A DNA stretch of 64,000 bases from Octopus vulgaris (lineage: Eukaryota), in assembly GCA_951406725.2 (NCBI GenBank), contig OX597820.1, positions 37,696,001-37,760,000 on the forward strand, given 5' to 3'. The translations under genes and the position numbers were made by a program. The notes under the pieces were generated by a model. It ran no database searches. It saw only the letters and a program-made list of their open reading frames with translations, and had not been told where the DNA came from. Below are positions 13,536 to 28,250 of the stretch, one piece after another. Numbering within the stretch: the first letter of the stretch is position 1; every line of letters starts with the position of its first letter.

Positions 13536-13920
13536 TCACATATCTAGATATATACATGTACATGCATACTCACACACAATTATATGTATAATAATTTAAG
13601 CATTTTGCTGGAATAAAATTGAAAGTTTATATTTTACCAAGAAAAACAAAACATTGAAGCAAAATAAATAAAAAAAAACATCACAAGCCAAAAAAAAAAT
13701 TAAAAGAGAGAAACTTCAAAGACATGTCTTTTTGTTGCTTGTGTAATATTGTATTGAATATGATTCCTTCAGAGTTCTTCAATAGTATCTCAACAATATT
13801 TTGCTAGTGTTAGTATCTGATGATGCTCTATTGAGATATTATGGTGTGACAACTTTTATTGTATTTTTGTTTTGCATTGTTGCTATCAGTAATTCTTGTG
13901 GCTCATGGTCTCAATCTAAA

Positions 13921-13968
<48 letters not shown>

Positions 13969-14212
13969 GCTGCTACTACTACTACTACTACTACTAAGGC
14001 ATCAATCTAGCAGAATTGTGAGCACACCAGGCAAAATGCTTAGTGGCATTTTGTGTGTCTGCATGACCAGAGTTCAAATTCTGCTGAGGTTGACTTTGCC
14101 TTTCATCCTTTTGGGGTTGATAAATTAAGTACCAGTGAAACACTGGGTTGATGTAATCGACTAGTCCCCTCTCCACAAATTTCAGGCCTTGTGCCTTTAG
14201 TAGAAACAATTA

Positions 14213-14970
14213 TTATTCTATGTTTGACTTTTGCTTTATGTCTGTACAAGTTGGCTCCAAGTCTCACCCAGAGACCTCAAGAGACAATAAGTTGGAAGTT
14301 CACGTTGTTGTTATGCCTAGTGTGCCATACATTTGGTTTTTTTTTTTTTTTGTGTTGTACTAGTGAATGTCTAATACATAAAAAAAAAAAAAAAAGGTTG
14401 TTTTAAACCTTGAGATTACATAGAGAGTATTTTGCGTAGGATATGAGCAGTTCCCATGAGCACTATCTTTTGAATTTCTGCCATTTTGGGGTTTCCTGGT
14501 ATCTGAGTTAGCTAGCAATCAGCCTCTTTCGCTATCATTCCCAGGGCATCTATGACAACAGGTATTGTTTTAGTTTTCAGCTTCCACATTTTTCTGATTT
14601 CTATTTCAAGATCTTTATATTTGCTCAGTTTTTGGTAGGTCTTGACAGATATGTAGGTCTTGACAGTCATATCAATGAGGAGGCATGTTCTTTGTCTGAA
14701 GTATTTCAATATGATGTCTGGCCTATTTGCATTTATCTTTCTGTCAGTTTGAATGGTGAAGTTCCAGAAGAGTGAGATGTGGTCATTTTCAAGCACTGGA
14801 GGTGGATTGTGTTGCCACCAGTTTTTTTCATGGGGCAAATCCAGGTTTTTGCAAATTACCCAGTGAATATATTGTGCAGCTGTATCATGCCTGTTGAGCA
14901 TACTCTGTAGGCGCTAGGTGACTGCACTTTGAGACAACATGATCAATGGTTTCATTTTGCTGTTGATATA
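14213..14970 (-). mobile_element. 3' end of an R4/NeSL-type non-LTR retrotransposon (restriction-like endonuclease)
   Basis: Minus peptides ETIDHVVSKC (Zn-knuckle), RHD..AQYIHWVICK, WNFTIQTDRKINANRPDII, LLID and KLSKYKDL (PD..D RLE domain), followed by a 3'UTR. Confidence 0.88.
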
Positions 14971-17900
14971 AAATTCACCTCTTTAAAATATTTGTAGGAA
15001 ATAACTTTTTTAACGTTATTCATATTGATGACGCCTGGGAACAATTTGTCCATTCCAACACAGTTATGTAACCCCGTTGAAAGCTCTGTGATGTCGGTCA
15101 TGTCCGGTTTAAGATGTTCTCTATACCATGTTATCAATTGCTGGCAACTCATATCTTTTACTTTGAACTGTGTCAGTACCATCATGGAAATTGTTGTAGG
15201 ATTAACTACGTCAATAAGGAGTGAAGAGAGATTTGAATGATTGAACAGAAAAAACAGATTGGAAGTTCTTGTTGGTGTTATGCCTAGTGTGCCATATGTT
15301 TGGTTTTGTACTTAGTGTTGTACTAGTGAATGTTCCCACCAGTTTTTTTCATAGGGCAAATCCAGGTTTTTGCAAATTACTCAGTGAATATATTGTGCAG
15401 CTCTATCATGCCTGTTGAGATACTCTGTAGGCGCTACAAGGCTGCACTTGGCGACAACATGATCAATGGTTTCATTTTGCTGTTGACATAAAATTCACCT
15501 CTTTAAAATATTTGTAGGAAATAACTTTTTTAACGTTATTCATATTGATGACGCCTGGGACCAAATTGTCCATTCCAACACAGTTATGTAACCCCGTTGA
15601 AAGCTCTGTGATGTCGGTCATGTCCGGTTTAAGATGTTCTCTATACCATGTTATCAATTGCTGGCAACTCATATCTTTTACTTTGAACTGTGTCAGTACC
15701 ATCATGGAAATTGTTGTAGGATTAACTACGTCAATTAGGAGCGAAGAGAGATTTGAATGATTGAACAGAAAAAACAGATTGGAAGTTCTTGTTGGTGTTA
15801 TGCCTAGTGTGCCATATGTTTGGTTTTGTACTTAGTGTTGTACTAGTGAATGTTCCCACCAGTTTTTTTCATAGGGCAAATCCAGGTTTTTGCAAATTAC
15901 TCAGTGAATATATTGTGCAGCTGTATCATGCCTGTTGAGATACTCTGTAGGCGCTAGAAGGCTGCACTTGGCGACAACATGATCAATGGTTTCATTTTGC
16001 TGTTGACATAAAATTCACCTCTTTAAAATATTTGTAGGAAATAACTTTTTTAACGTTATTCATATTGATGACGCCTGGGACCAATTTGTCCATTCCAACA
16101 CAGTTATGTAACCCCGTTGAAAGCTCTGTGATGTCGGTCATGTCCGGTTTAAGATGTTCTCTATACCATGTTATCAATTGCTGGCAACTCATATCTTTTA
16201 CTTTGAACTGTGTCAGTACCATCACGGAAATTGTTGTAGGATTAACTACGTCAATAAGGAGCGAAGAGAGATTTGAATAATAGAACAGAAAAAACAGATT
16301 GGAAGTTCTTGTTGGTGTTATGCCTAGTGTGCCATATGTTTGGTTTTGTACTTAGTGTTGTACTAGTGAATGTTCCCACCAGTTTTTTTCATAGGGCAAA
16401 TCCAGGTTTTTGCAAATTACCCAGTGAATATATTGTGCAGCTGTATCATGCCTGTTGAGATACTCTGTAGGCGCTAGGAGGCTGCACTTGGCGACAACAT
16501 GATCAATGGTTTCATTTTGCTGTTGACATAAAATTCACCTCTTTAAAATATTTGTAGGAAATAACTTTTTTAACGTTATTCATATTGATGACGCCTGGGA
16601 ACAATTTGTCCATTCCAACACAGTTATGTAACCCCGTTGAAAGCTCTGTGATGTCGGTCATGTCCGGTTTAAGATGTTCTCTATACCATGTTATCAATTG
16701 CTGGCAACTCATATCTTTTACTTTGAACTGTGTCAGTACCATCATGGAAATTGTTGTAGGATTAACTACGTCAATTAGGAGCGAAGAGAGATTTGAATGA
16801 TTGAACAGAAAAAACAGATTGGAAGTTCTTGTTGGTGTTATGCCTAGTGTGTCATATGTTTGGTTTTGTACTTAGTGTTGTACTAGTGAATGTTCCCACC
16901 AGTTTTTTTCATAGGGCAAATCCAGGTTTTTGCAAATTACTCAGTGAATATATTGTGCAGCTGTATCATGCCTGTTGAGATACTCTGTAGGCGCTAGAAG
17001 GCTGTGCTTGGCGACAACATGATCAATGGTTTCATTTTGCTGTTGACATAAAATTCACCTCTTTAAAATATTTGTAGGAAATAACTTTTTTAACGTTATT
17101 CATATTGATGACGCCTGGGACCAATTTGTCCATTCCAACACAGTTATGTAACCCCGTTGAAAGCTCTGTGATGTCGGTTATGTCCGGTTTAAGATGTTCT
17201 CTATACCATGTTATCAATTGCTGGCAACTCATATCTTTTACTTTGAACTGTGTCAGTACCATCACGGAAATTGTTGAAGGATTAACTACGTCAATAAGGA
17301 GTGAAGAGAGATTTGAATGATTGAACAGAAAAAACAGATTGGAAGTTCTTGTTGGTGTTATGCCTAGTGTGCCATATGTTTGGTTTTGTACTTAGTGTTG
17401 TACTAGTGAATGTTCCCACCAGTTTTTTTCATAGGGCAAATCCAGGTTTTTGCAAGTTACCCAGTGAATATATTGTGCAGCTGTATCATGCCTGTTGACA
17501 TACTCTGTAGGCGCTAGAAGGCTGCACTTGGCGACAACATGATCAATGGTTTCATTTTGCTGTTGACATAAAATTCACCTCTTTAAAATATTTGTAGGAA
17601 ATAACTTTTTTAACGTTATTCATATTGATGACGCCTGGGAACAATTTGTCCATTCCAACACAGTTATGTAACCCCGTTGAAAGCTCTGTGATGTCGGTCA
17701 TGTCCGGTTTAAGATGTTCTCTATACCATGTTATCAATTGCTGGCAACTCATATCTTTTACTTTGAACTGTGTCAGTACCATCACGGAAATTGTTGTAGG
17801 ATTAACTACGTCAATAAGGAGCGAAGAGAGATTTGAATAATTGAACAGAAAAAACAGATTGGAAGTTCTTGTTGGTGTTATGCCTAGTGTGCCATATGTT

Positions 17901-20560
17901 TGGTTTTGTACTTAGTGTTGTACTAGTGAATGTTCCCACCAGTTTTTTTCATAGGGCAAATCCAGGTTTTTGCAAATTACCCAGTGAATATATTGTGCAG
18001 CTGTATCATGCCTGTTGAGATACTCTGTAGGCGCTAGAAGGCTGCACTTGGCGACAACATGATCAATGGTTTCATTTTGCTGTTGACATAAAATTCACCT
18101 CTTCAAAATATTTGTAGGAAATAACTTTTTTAACGTTATTCATATTGATGACGCCTGGGAACAATTTGTCCATTCCAACACAGTTATGTAACCCCGTTGA
18201 AAGCTCTGTGATGTCGGTTATGTCCGGTTTAAGATGTTCTCTATACCATGTTATCAATTGCTGGCAACTCATATCTTTTACTTTGAACTGTGTCAGTACC
18301 ATCACGGAAATTGTTGAAGGATTAACTACGTCAATAAGGAGTGAAGAGAGATTTGAATGATTGAACAGAAAAAACAGATTGGAAGTTCTTGTTGGTGTTA
18401 TGCCTAGTGTGTCATATGTTTGGTTTTGTACTTAGTGTTGTACTAGTGAATGTTCCCACCAGTTTTTTTCATAGGGCAAATCCAGGTTTTTGCAAGTTAC
18501 CCAGTGAATATATTGTGCAGCTGTATCATGCCTGTTGAGATACTCTATAGGCGCTAGGTGACTGCACTTTGAGACAACATGATCAATGGTTTCATTTTGC
18601 TGTTGATATAAAATTCACCTCTTTAAAATATTTGTAGGAAATAACTTTTTTAACGTTATTCATATTGATGACGCCTGGGAACAATTTGTCCATTCCAACA
18701 CAGTTATGTAACCCTGTTGAAAGCTCTGTGATGTCGGTCATGTCCGGTTTAAGATGTTCTCTATACCATGTTATCAATTGCTGGCAACTCATATCTTTTA
18801 CTTTGAACTGTGTCAGTACCATCATGGAAATTGTTGTAGGATTAACTACGTCAATTAGGAGCGAAGAGAGATTTGAATGATTGAACAGAAAAAACAGATT
18901 GGAAGTTCTTGTTGGTGTTATGCCTAGTGTGTCATATGTTTGGTTTTGTACTTAGTGTTGTACTAGTGAATGTTCCCACCAGTTTTTTTCATAGGGCAAA
19001 TCCAGGTTTTTGCAAATTACCCAGTGAATATATTGTGCAGCTGTATCATGCCTGTTGAGATACTCTGTAGGCGCTAGAAGGCTGCACTTGGCGACAACAT
19101 GATCAATGGTTTCATTTTGCTGTTGACATAAAATTCACCTCTTTAAAATATTTGTAGGAAATAACTTTTTTAACGTTATTCATATTGATAACGCCTGGGA
19201 ACAATTTGTCCATTCCAACACAGTTATGTAACCCCGTTGAAAGCTCTGTGATGTCGGTCATGTTCGGTTTAAGATGTTCTCTATACCATGTTATCAATTG
19301 CTGGCAACTCATATCTTTTACTTTGAACTGTGTCAGTACCATCACGGAAATTGTTGTAGGATTAACTACGTCAATAAGGAGCGAAGAGAGATTTGAATAA
19401 TAGAACAGAAAAAACAGATTGGAAGTTCTTGTTGGTGTTATGCCTAGTGTGCCATATGTTCGGTTTTGTACTTAGTGTTGTACTAATGAATGTTCCCACC
19501 AGTTTTTTTCATAGGGCAAATCCAGGTTTTTGCAAATTACCCAGTGAATATATTGTGCAGCTCTATCATGCCTGTTGAGATACTCTGTAGGCGCTAGGAG
19601 GCTGCACTTGGCGACAACATGATCAATGGTTTCATTTTGCTGTTGACATAAAATTCACCTCTTTATAATATTTGTAGGAAATAACTTTTTTAACGTTATT
19701 CATATTGATGACGCCTGGGAACAATTTGTCCATTCCAACACAGTTATGTAACCCCGTTGAAAGCTCTGTGATGTCGGTCATGTCCGGTTTAAGATGTTCT
19801 CTATACAATGTTATCAATTGCTGGCAACTCATATCTTTTCTTTGAACTGTGTCAGTACCATCATGGAAATTGTTGTAGGATTAACTACGTCAATAAGGAG
19901 TGAAGAGAGATTTGAATGATTGAACAGAAAAAACAGATTGGAAGTTCTTGGTGTTATGCCTAGTGTGCCATATGTTTGGTTTTGTACTTAGTGTTGTACT
20001 AGTGAATGTTCCCACCAGTTTTTTTCATAGGGCAAATCCAGGTTTTTGCAAATTACCCAGTGAATATATTGTGCAGCTGTATCATGCCTGTTGAGATACT
20101 CTGTAGGTGCTAGAAGGCTGCACTTGGCGACAACATGATCAATGGTTTCATTTTGCTGTTGACATAAAATTCACCTCTTTAAAATATTTGTAGGAAATAA
20201 CTTTTTTAACGTTATTCATATTGATGACGCCTGGGAACAATTTGTCCATTCCAATACAGTTATGTAACCCCGTTGAAAGCTCTGTGATGTCGGTCATGTC
20301 CGGTTTAAGATGTTCTCTATACCATGTTATCAATTGCTGGCAACCCATATCTTTTACTTTGAACTGTGTCAGTACCATCACGTAAATTGTTGTAGGATTA
20401 ACTACGTCAATAAGGAGCGAAGAGAGATTTGAATGATTGAACAGAAAAAACAGATTGGAAGTTCTTGTTGGTGTTATGCCTAGTGTGCCATATGTTTGGT
20501 TTTGTATTTAGTGTTGTACTAGTGAATGTTCCCACCAGTTTTTTTTATAGGGCAAATCCA
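14816..20560. repeat. Tandem array of 11 x 520-bp units (one 516 bp) plus a short partial unit
   Basis: The same ORF recurs at 14952, 15472, ... 19632 (520-bp period) and 20148 (516); units differ by only scattered substitutions. Confidence 0.97.
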
Positions 20561-21829
20561 GAGTTTGATTTTCCTTTTCATTTTTTTTTGTTTTGGTGGT
20601 GGGGAATGTAAAAAACATATTTGTCAATATTGGGGTCAGTGCACTCAGCTAGTCCTCTCCCTATAACTTCAGTCCTTGTGCCTATAGTAGAAGGGATTAT
20701 TATTATTATCATTATTATTAAGGTGGTGAGCTTGCAGACTTGTAAGCATGCCAAACAAAATGCTTAGCAGCATTTCATCGGTTCCTACATGCTGAGTTCA
20801 AATTGTGCCAAGATCAACTTTGCCTTTCATCCTTTCAGAGTTGATAAATCAAGTACTAGTGAAACAATGGCGTCAGTGTAATCGACTAGTCCCCTTCCTC
20901 AACATTTCAGGTCTTGTGCTTTTAATAGAAAGTATTATTATTCATTAGTGGTGGATGGAAAAATCAACAGGACTAAAATACTTTGTAGACTAAATTACTT
21001 TGTGGTGTTTAGTTTGATCTTTTTATATTTGAAGACCAAATCCACCAGGTTATATTTTGCCCTTCATCTTTTGGGGGTCAATAAAATAATGTAGCACTCA
21101 AAGACTGGGATCAACATGATCAACTCCCACCAAATTTCTGGCCTTATGTATTTGTAATAATATTAATGATTTCAAATTTTGGCACAAAGCCAGCAGTTTT
21201 TGAGGGAAGGGGTAAGTCAATTTTATTGACCACAATAGGATAGACGGCAAAGTCAACCTCACCAGAATTTGAACTTAGAACATAAAGATGGGTGAAATAC
21301 CACTAAGCATTTTGTCCATCATGCTAACAATTCAGCCAGCTCACTACCTTAATATTAAATTATAGTAATTATTATTATCATTATTTTAATAAAAGTCTAA
21401 GATTTGTTATTAATGTGTGGGCATATATATATACTCAAGATTTTCCGTACATGTAAATATCTATTTTTGACAAGAACAATTCCTGGAACATTAACATTTA
21501 TATATATTGTAAAAGAGAGGCACAGTAGCTTTAGAGTTAAGATGCTGGCCTGTAAACGAAGTGGTCATCAAATAGCCCATTGTGTTGTCAACTAAGGAAA
21601 AGTATAGTGTTTCATTGAGCCTATTCTTTCTAGCCAAAGACTCTCCAGATCTTTCTTGACAGTTATGTGATTGATCAGAGGCTAGGGAAGACACCCAGCT
21701 TCAAAGTAAATGAAAGTGATTGAATTTATTGTCTGTTTGTGTGTGTATAGTTTATATTATATTATACACACATACATATATGTCTATATGTGTATTGTAT
21801 AATGTATACATATGCTTATATAAGTATAT

Positions 21830-21875
<46 letters not shown>

Positions 21876-24090
21876 TGCACATGTATTATATTGGTGTGTG
21901 TGTGTGTGTATATATAATATATATGCATTTATTTGTGTAATATATATGTATTTTATATACACATTACTGTAATTTTAAGCAACTGCATTCAAAACTCATA
22001 TCTCATCTCTAAGATTGTAAGAAAGTTATGGAAACTTGGATATCTTAAGATATACTTTGACCAAACTTATTAATATAGAATTACTGTACTAGCATCACCA
22101 ATATTAGATATTCCTGTCAAGCATCAAAGCCTTTGAATGCTGTTGCATTATATTCTACGCTCAATATAAGGTATTTTATATGTCTAGAGATTTGATAGCA
22201 GTATTCTTGTTTTTTTGTTTTTTTCCTAACCATTGATTCCGTCCCTGAAAGAATTAAGTTTCTACAGCTAGGTTCAAAGATGGTTCAAAAAGACGCAAAA
22301 TAAAATGAAATAAAATAAACTAAAATGAAAATAAACATACAAAATGGAAATATTCTTAAAATATACATCCTATTTTCAAACTATATTTTCTTGTAGTGGT
22401 CTACCCAATTCTTGCCATTTACACAAAAGGGAAACAGTCACTGATATTATCAGAAGCATTTTCTTTTTAATATTGTGCCCTTTATATTAGTGTTTGGTAT
22501 CTTTTAAAAGGTGTTTTGATCCCATGAATGATGGTGTGGTACCAAATGTTCACAAGTCGAATGTCAAGTATTTACTTCCTTCTCATAAAAATCACATTTT
22601 GTGGTATACGTTTTATATATTTTTTTTTTTTGTAATTTATTCAATTTGGAAGTATTTTTTTTTCCATAAAATAGAAATGTTTTAACTCTTAATCTTTGTC
22701 AACAACTTAAGAAAGAAAAAAAAAAATGAAAGTATTTCAGAATCTCACTCTATTTTTTTGCTTCATGGAAAACAAACTACTTCTCTTTTTTCACATCAAG
22801 TAATTTCTAGATAACTAAGAAAGGGAGAATAAAAGATAATTCTCTTGTTTTGGAGGATTAAATATATTATCTATCTGTGGGGTGTTATTTTTATTATATT
22901 TACTATAAAATGAATTGTAAATATCTGGTAATAATTAATGGGTTGTTGGGTCTTCATTTAATGATCTCATCTTCATGGTAGTGTTGGAGTGCAAATCTGT
23001 CTGGCATAGTTTATGCCTCTTTTGGCTTTTGCCTACTGCCAGGAATTACAGGTATATGGCATGAGAATTGAACCCATGTCACTGACTTGGTTTGCTGGAA
23101 GCTTATTCTCCTGTGTGTATGCCACTATATCATTTATCAAAATGGAAAACCTATTTTTCTCTCTTTATAAAAGAAAATCAAATTATCAAATATTGTAAAA
23201 TCTTTTTGTGCTGTAGTCATAGAAATAGTAGTAGAAATATTATAATAATAATAATGATGATGATGTCTTTTTCATTGAAACCATGCATAACAGCACATTC
23301 TTACAAGTCTCACATTTCAGTCTGAGTATTTATTGCTGTATGTTCTTCTAATATCAGATAGTTTTTTTTCTTTTTGTTGTTCCCAATTTAACTTGTCTCC
23401 CATTCTCTATTATTAAATTATTTTGTAAAAAAAAAAAAGTCAGTTTTCTTTAAGTTTAGGCGAATATTGCACCTGTATATACCATTGAGTCCATTATATC
23501 TTTTAGAATGTGATGCCCTACCTTCCTATTTTCTGTGGAAAAGGGAATTTTGGGGTTCTAAGACATAACAATATCATATGGTTCTTGAGGTATAACAAAT
23601 TTGTTTTGTAATTTGTCCAGATCTGATTGAACAACTTCAAATTGTCCTGTTCAATCTTAAATTGTTCTCCTGGGAATCATGCATTAAGAAAAACTGTGAC
23701 TTATTGTGACTTATTATCTCCAATTGCCTGTCCACTCATACCTATAATATGTTGTCAGTATAATGCTTCCAATATGACAACAACCAAGCTGTATGTTTAT
23801 ATTCTAACTGCGATTTTTTTCTCCCTTTGGTGTTTAAGCATAATATTCCACAGTGTATTTCAGTAAGAAATATTTTGATTGTAAATGCAACCTATTGGAC
23901 ATCAATTTCTTGTAACTATTTAACAGATTCATGACGTCCTGACAGAGGGCTCTGCCAGGGCATCGGGTGTAAGGTAAGAACCATTTAGTTGCATAATTTC
24001 AACTTAAAAGTAAAGGTGGATTTGCTGGAAGCTTTGGTACTGGAGAATACTTTTGGTACACCTTCCTCATTAAGAGCTTAATAGACCTAA

Positions 24091-24308
24091 CTCTTTAGCA
24101 TTTAAAATGGCCCTATCTGGCCAAAATATTTCACTTGCTTTATGTTTAAACTGGCCAAATCTGGCTCCTCACACCTACTCTACATTGTCATTATAAAAAC
24201 AAACTACTACGTCGCTGAAATCTTGAAGCTACAAGATAATTCATGATTTATTCTAAATAATGTGAATAAATAAGTATTACATTTGACAGTAATCTGAATG
24301 CTAAAGGG
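24091..24308. mobile_element. piggyBac-like MITE
   Basis: Termini ctctttagcatt / aatgctaaaggg with degenerate TTAA flanks; related copy at 33264-33482. Confidence 0.6.
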
Positions 24309-24785
24309 TCAAAGTCCAAGTGTGGAAAAAATCCAGTTTCTGAGAAATCCGCTTTTATTATTTTATGAAATAATTCTTCTAAAGCTTTAAGGCTAGAGTT
24401 TTATAAATGGTATGAGCTATTGGAACATCAAGCTTTTGGCTATAATAATTTGTGAAATTATTCTCCCAAATCTTCAAGCCCAGGGCTTTGGAAATGATAC
24501 AAGGCATTGGAACATCAAGCTACTGGCTATTATTTTATGATGTGTTGAGAGAAATAGTAAAATAAAATATTCCAATTTCAAGTGAGTTTGGTTTTATCCA
24601 TTTATGACATTGAATGCCTAGCACAGTCTTAAATACACACACATGCATATATACATGAGAGAGAGGATAATGAAACTGACATCCATCCTTATGTATATTC
24701 ACGCAAACACACACACATGAGAGAGAAAGAGAGAGAGGAAAAAGAGCACAATGAGACTGACATCCATAAATATATATATATATAT

Positions 24786-25019
24786 ATATTTCTTTATTGC
24801 CCACAAGGGGCTAAACATAGAGAGGACGAACAAGGACAGACAAAGGGATTAAGTCGGTTACATCGACCCCAGTGCGAAACTGGTACTTTTATTTATCGAC
24901 CCCGAAAGGATGAAAGGCAAAGTCAACCTCAGCAGAATTTGAACTCATAACATAACGACAGACGAAATACCGCTAAGCATTCCGCCTGGTGTGCTAACGT
25001 GTCTGCCAGCTCGCCGCCT
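24786..25019 (-). mobile_element. tRNA-derived SINE (ggcggcgagctggcaga... family)
   Basis: Reverse complement closely matches the + copy at 53049-53282; B-box-like gagttcaaattc. Confidence 0.8.
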
Positions 25020-26174
25020 TACATGAGAGAGAGAGAAAAGAGGATAGTGAAATTGTGACACAAATTATATATATATATACACACACAGATACAAGAGAGA
25101 AAAAGAGGATGATAATGAAATTGACATCCAAACATTTCTTAATGGAATTAGCACCACAGACTAGAAAATGGATTTTGGCTACTATTTCCTGTTCTTTGAA
25201 AGTTTATCTCCTCTACTTGGTTTACCATGTCTTGTGACAAATATTACCTTGCTTGGAAATGGGTAAGGGTTGGTGTATCTGGCCATTGAAGATCTGCCTG
25301 AATGAACTTTGTCTGACCCATGCAAGCGTCAAAAGTGATGATAATGATGCTGGATGAAATGTCTGCAACTATACTGGTTTTAAGGCCTTGATAGCTAAGT
25401 ATAGTTTGGATGTAGTGGTCTCATAGTTTGATGACTAGCCCCAGCTGTTAGCACCTTGGTGGTATTTGAATTTGGAATACAAAGAACCAGAACAGATAAT
25501 GCGAGACCTTTCATTTGATGCTCTCACAATTCCACTAATCTATTGCTCCGGATTACTACTTTATTCATCAACCCCAAAAGGATGACAGGCCTTGGCAACA
25601 TTTGAACTCTGATCACAGAAGGCCAGATTGACTTTTACAATATATTCAGTCCCATGCTCTTACAACTCTGTTAGTTCATTGCCTATTGTGTTGAATACAT
25701 ATTCCAGACCAAATGGAACACCCATCAATTACATTGTGTCTCCACCTACAGTAGTGATTTCTACCTCTATACATTTACCTATTTTTACTTGGGAAGATAG
25801 ATGGATCTAGTAATGGAAGTCTTTTCTTCTCATTGTATGATTCTTGTATCATCATAACAGCAGGCACTTGAGAAGGCAAAAATCATATAGCCAGTCTGCT
25901 GTCATAGTGACAGTTAACTGGTTTGCTCATCGCTGGTCATTAAAATACTTCATCATGGGATGTTTCTTGTGAATTCAATGAAGACTGAGTGGCCAACTAT
26001 GATTACAACTCTCTTTTGTTAACTACTTCATTTATAGTCAGAAAGATATCAGGACTGGATTATTGTCTTTGATTTTTTTCTTCTAATTTAATGGTTCTTA
26101 GAGATCTTATTCTCAAATAGGAAGTAAGCATATATATTGCCATCCTTTCTCTTCTCTTTATTCATGCATTTAAT

Positions 26175-26830
<656 letters not shown>

Positions 26831-27885
26831 CATTCTTGTGTGTTTATGACTTGTGCACAAGTATATCTCATGTACATACACACAGACACACACACAAATA
26901 TATAGTACTTTATGAGATGTTTCTTGTGAATTAAATGGAGATTGAGTGAACAGCTATGATTACAGTTCTCTTTTGTTTCTATTCAAAAAAAGATATCAGG
27001 ACCAGATTATCATCTTTGATCCTTTTCTAATTCAATGGTTCTTGGAGATTTTATCATTTCCACCTCCATTGCTTCTCCACAATACTGATGCATCAATTAC
27101 TTTCCCCACTACAATAAACCTTTTTCATGCATCAAGGTGGCTCTCTTTCATCTTGCAAGCTGCAACGCAACCCCACTAATTTGATATCTGCCCTGCCCCT
27201 CCAATAGCACTTAAGAAGTTGGTAAATTGAATTGAGTATTAACAATGCATAACTTAAAGGGATTCTTTTGTCTTTCCAGTAGCAAGGCAAGGCAATCTCT
27301 CTAATAGTGAGGCCACAGGAAGAAAACAAAAGCACCCAGTAAACTCTATAAATCAGTTGGTGTTAGGAAGTGACCCCATGTGTAGAAACCATAAAGACTG
27401 TTGAAGAAAGATATAAATGGATGATAATATCAATAATAGGTATAGGCATATCCGTGTGGTTTAGAAATTTGCTTTGGAACAACTGTGGTTCAAGGTTCAT
27501 TCCTACTATCAACTGCTGTCTTCTAGTTTAGCTGTGACTTGACCAGTGCCTTTTGGTTGAAATTTTGTAACAGAAACTGGAAGTTCGTTTGTGTGTGCAT
27601 ATGTGAGTGAGCATACGTCTTGTCTTGACATTATGCCTCTTCGCTTGGCATATGCATGTCAATTATAAACAAAGCATCACTGTTCATACAAATGAGGTTA
27701 TTTATTTACAATCCTCCATGAGAGCATGCCTGAGTTGTTCAATAGATGGGAAGAAATATTACTTTGCTTGGAAAAAACTTTGGATTGGTGACAGGAAGAG
27801 CATCTGCTTGAACAAAGTTTTGTCTGCCTCATGTAAAGAGAAAAGAGGGGATTAAAATGATAATGGTGATGATATATATATATAC

Positions 27886-28250
27886 AAAGCAAACAAGTAA
27901 CAAGAATGTCAAAGTATTAATGCAATACAGCCATTTCAGGTGGCTTCATCTACTCAAAACACGCAAGCATTACATCTATTTGAAATACAGCACCATCTTC
28001 AGTTACAAAATATAAATTTTCAGCAGTCAGGAATTCTCCATGCTGGAATTCTCTCCTTCTGTAGCTCTGATGAAATATTTGCTAAAAATTATAATTGAAT
28101 ATCCTGACTGTTGAAAATTTCTGTTTTGCAACTGAAGAAGATGCTGTATTTCAAACTGATGTAATGCTTGCATTGTTCGATTAAATGGAGCCACCGGAAA
28201 TGGTCATATTGCCTTAATACCTTGACATCCTTTGTTACTTATTTGCCTTT
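27886..28250. mobile_element. Old PLE-type inverted insertion with a decayed hammerhead in each arm
   Basis: Arms 27886-28032 and 28102-28250 are diverged reverse complements. Merged consensus gcaa-CTGAAGA-tggtg...cacc-GAAA-(t/c)ggccg-TA-ttgc (28128-28212 on +; 27922-28006 on -). Confidence 0.65.

Noticed and set aside
15021-15090. Hammerhead-like string in each 520-bp unit (cata-TTGATGA...GAAA-gc-TC-tgtg), which would make the array a retrozyme
   Set aside because: C3 is U without a compensating A8, and stem II does not close in register (c vs tt before GAAA). Probably chance, though cheap to test.
14816-20560. CRISPR-like array or tandem gene family
   Set aside because: Units are near-identical along their whole length with no unique spacers; ORF conservation is explained by recent duplication; eukaryotic context with no cas genes.
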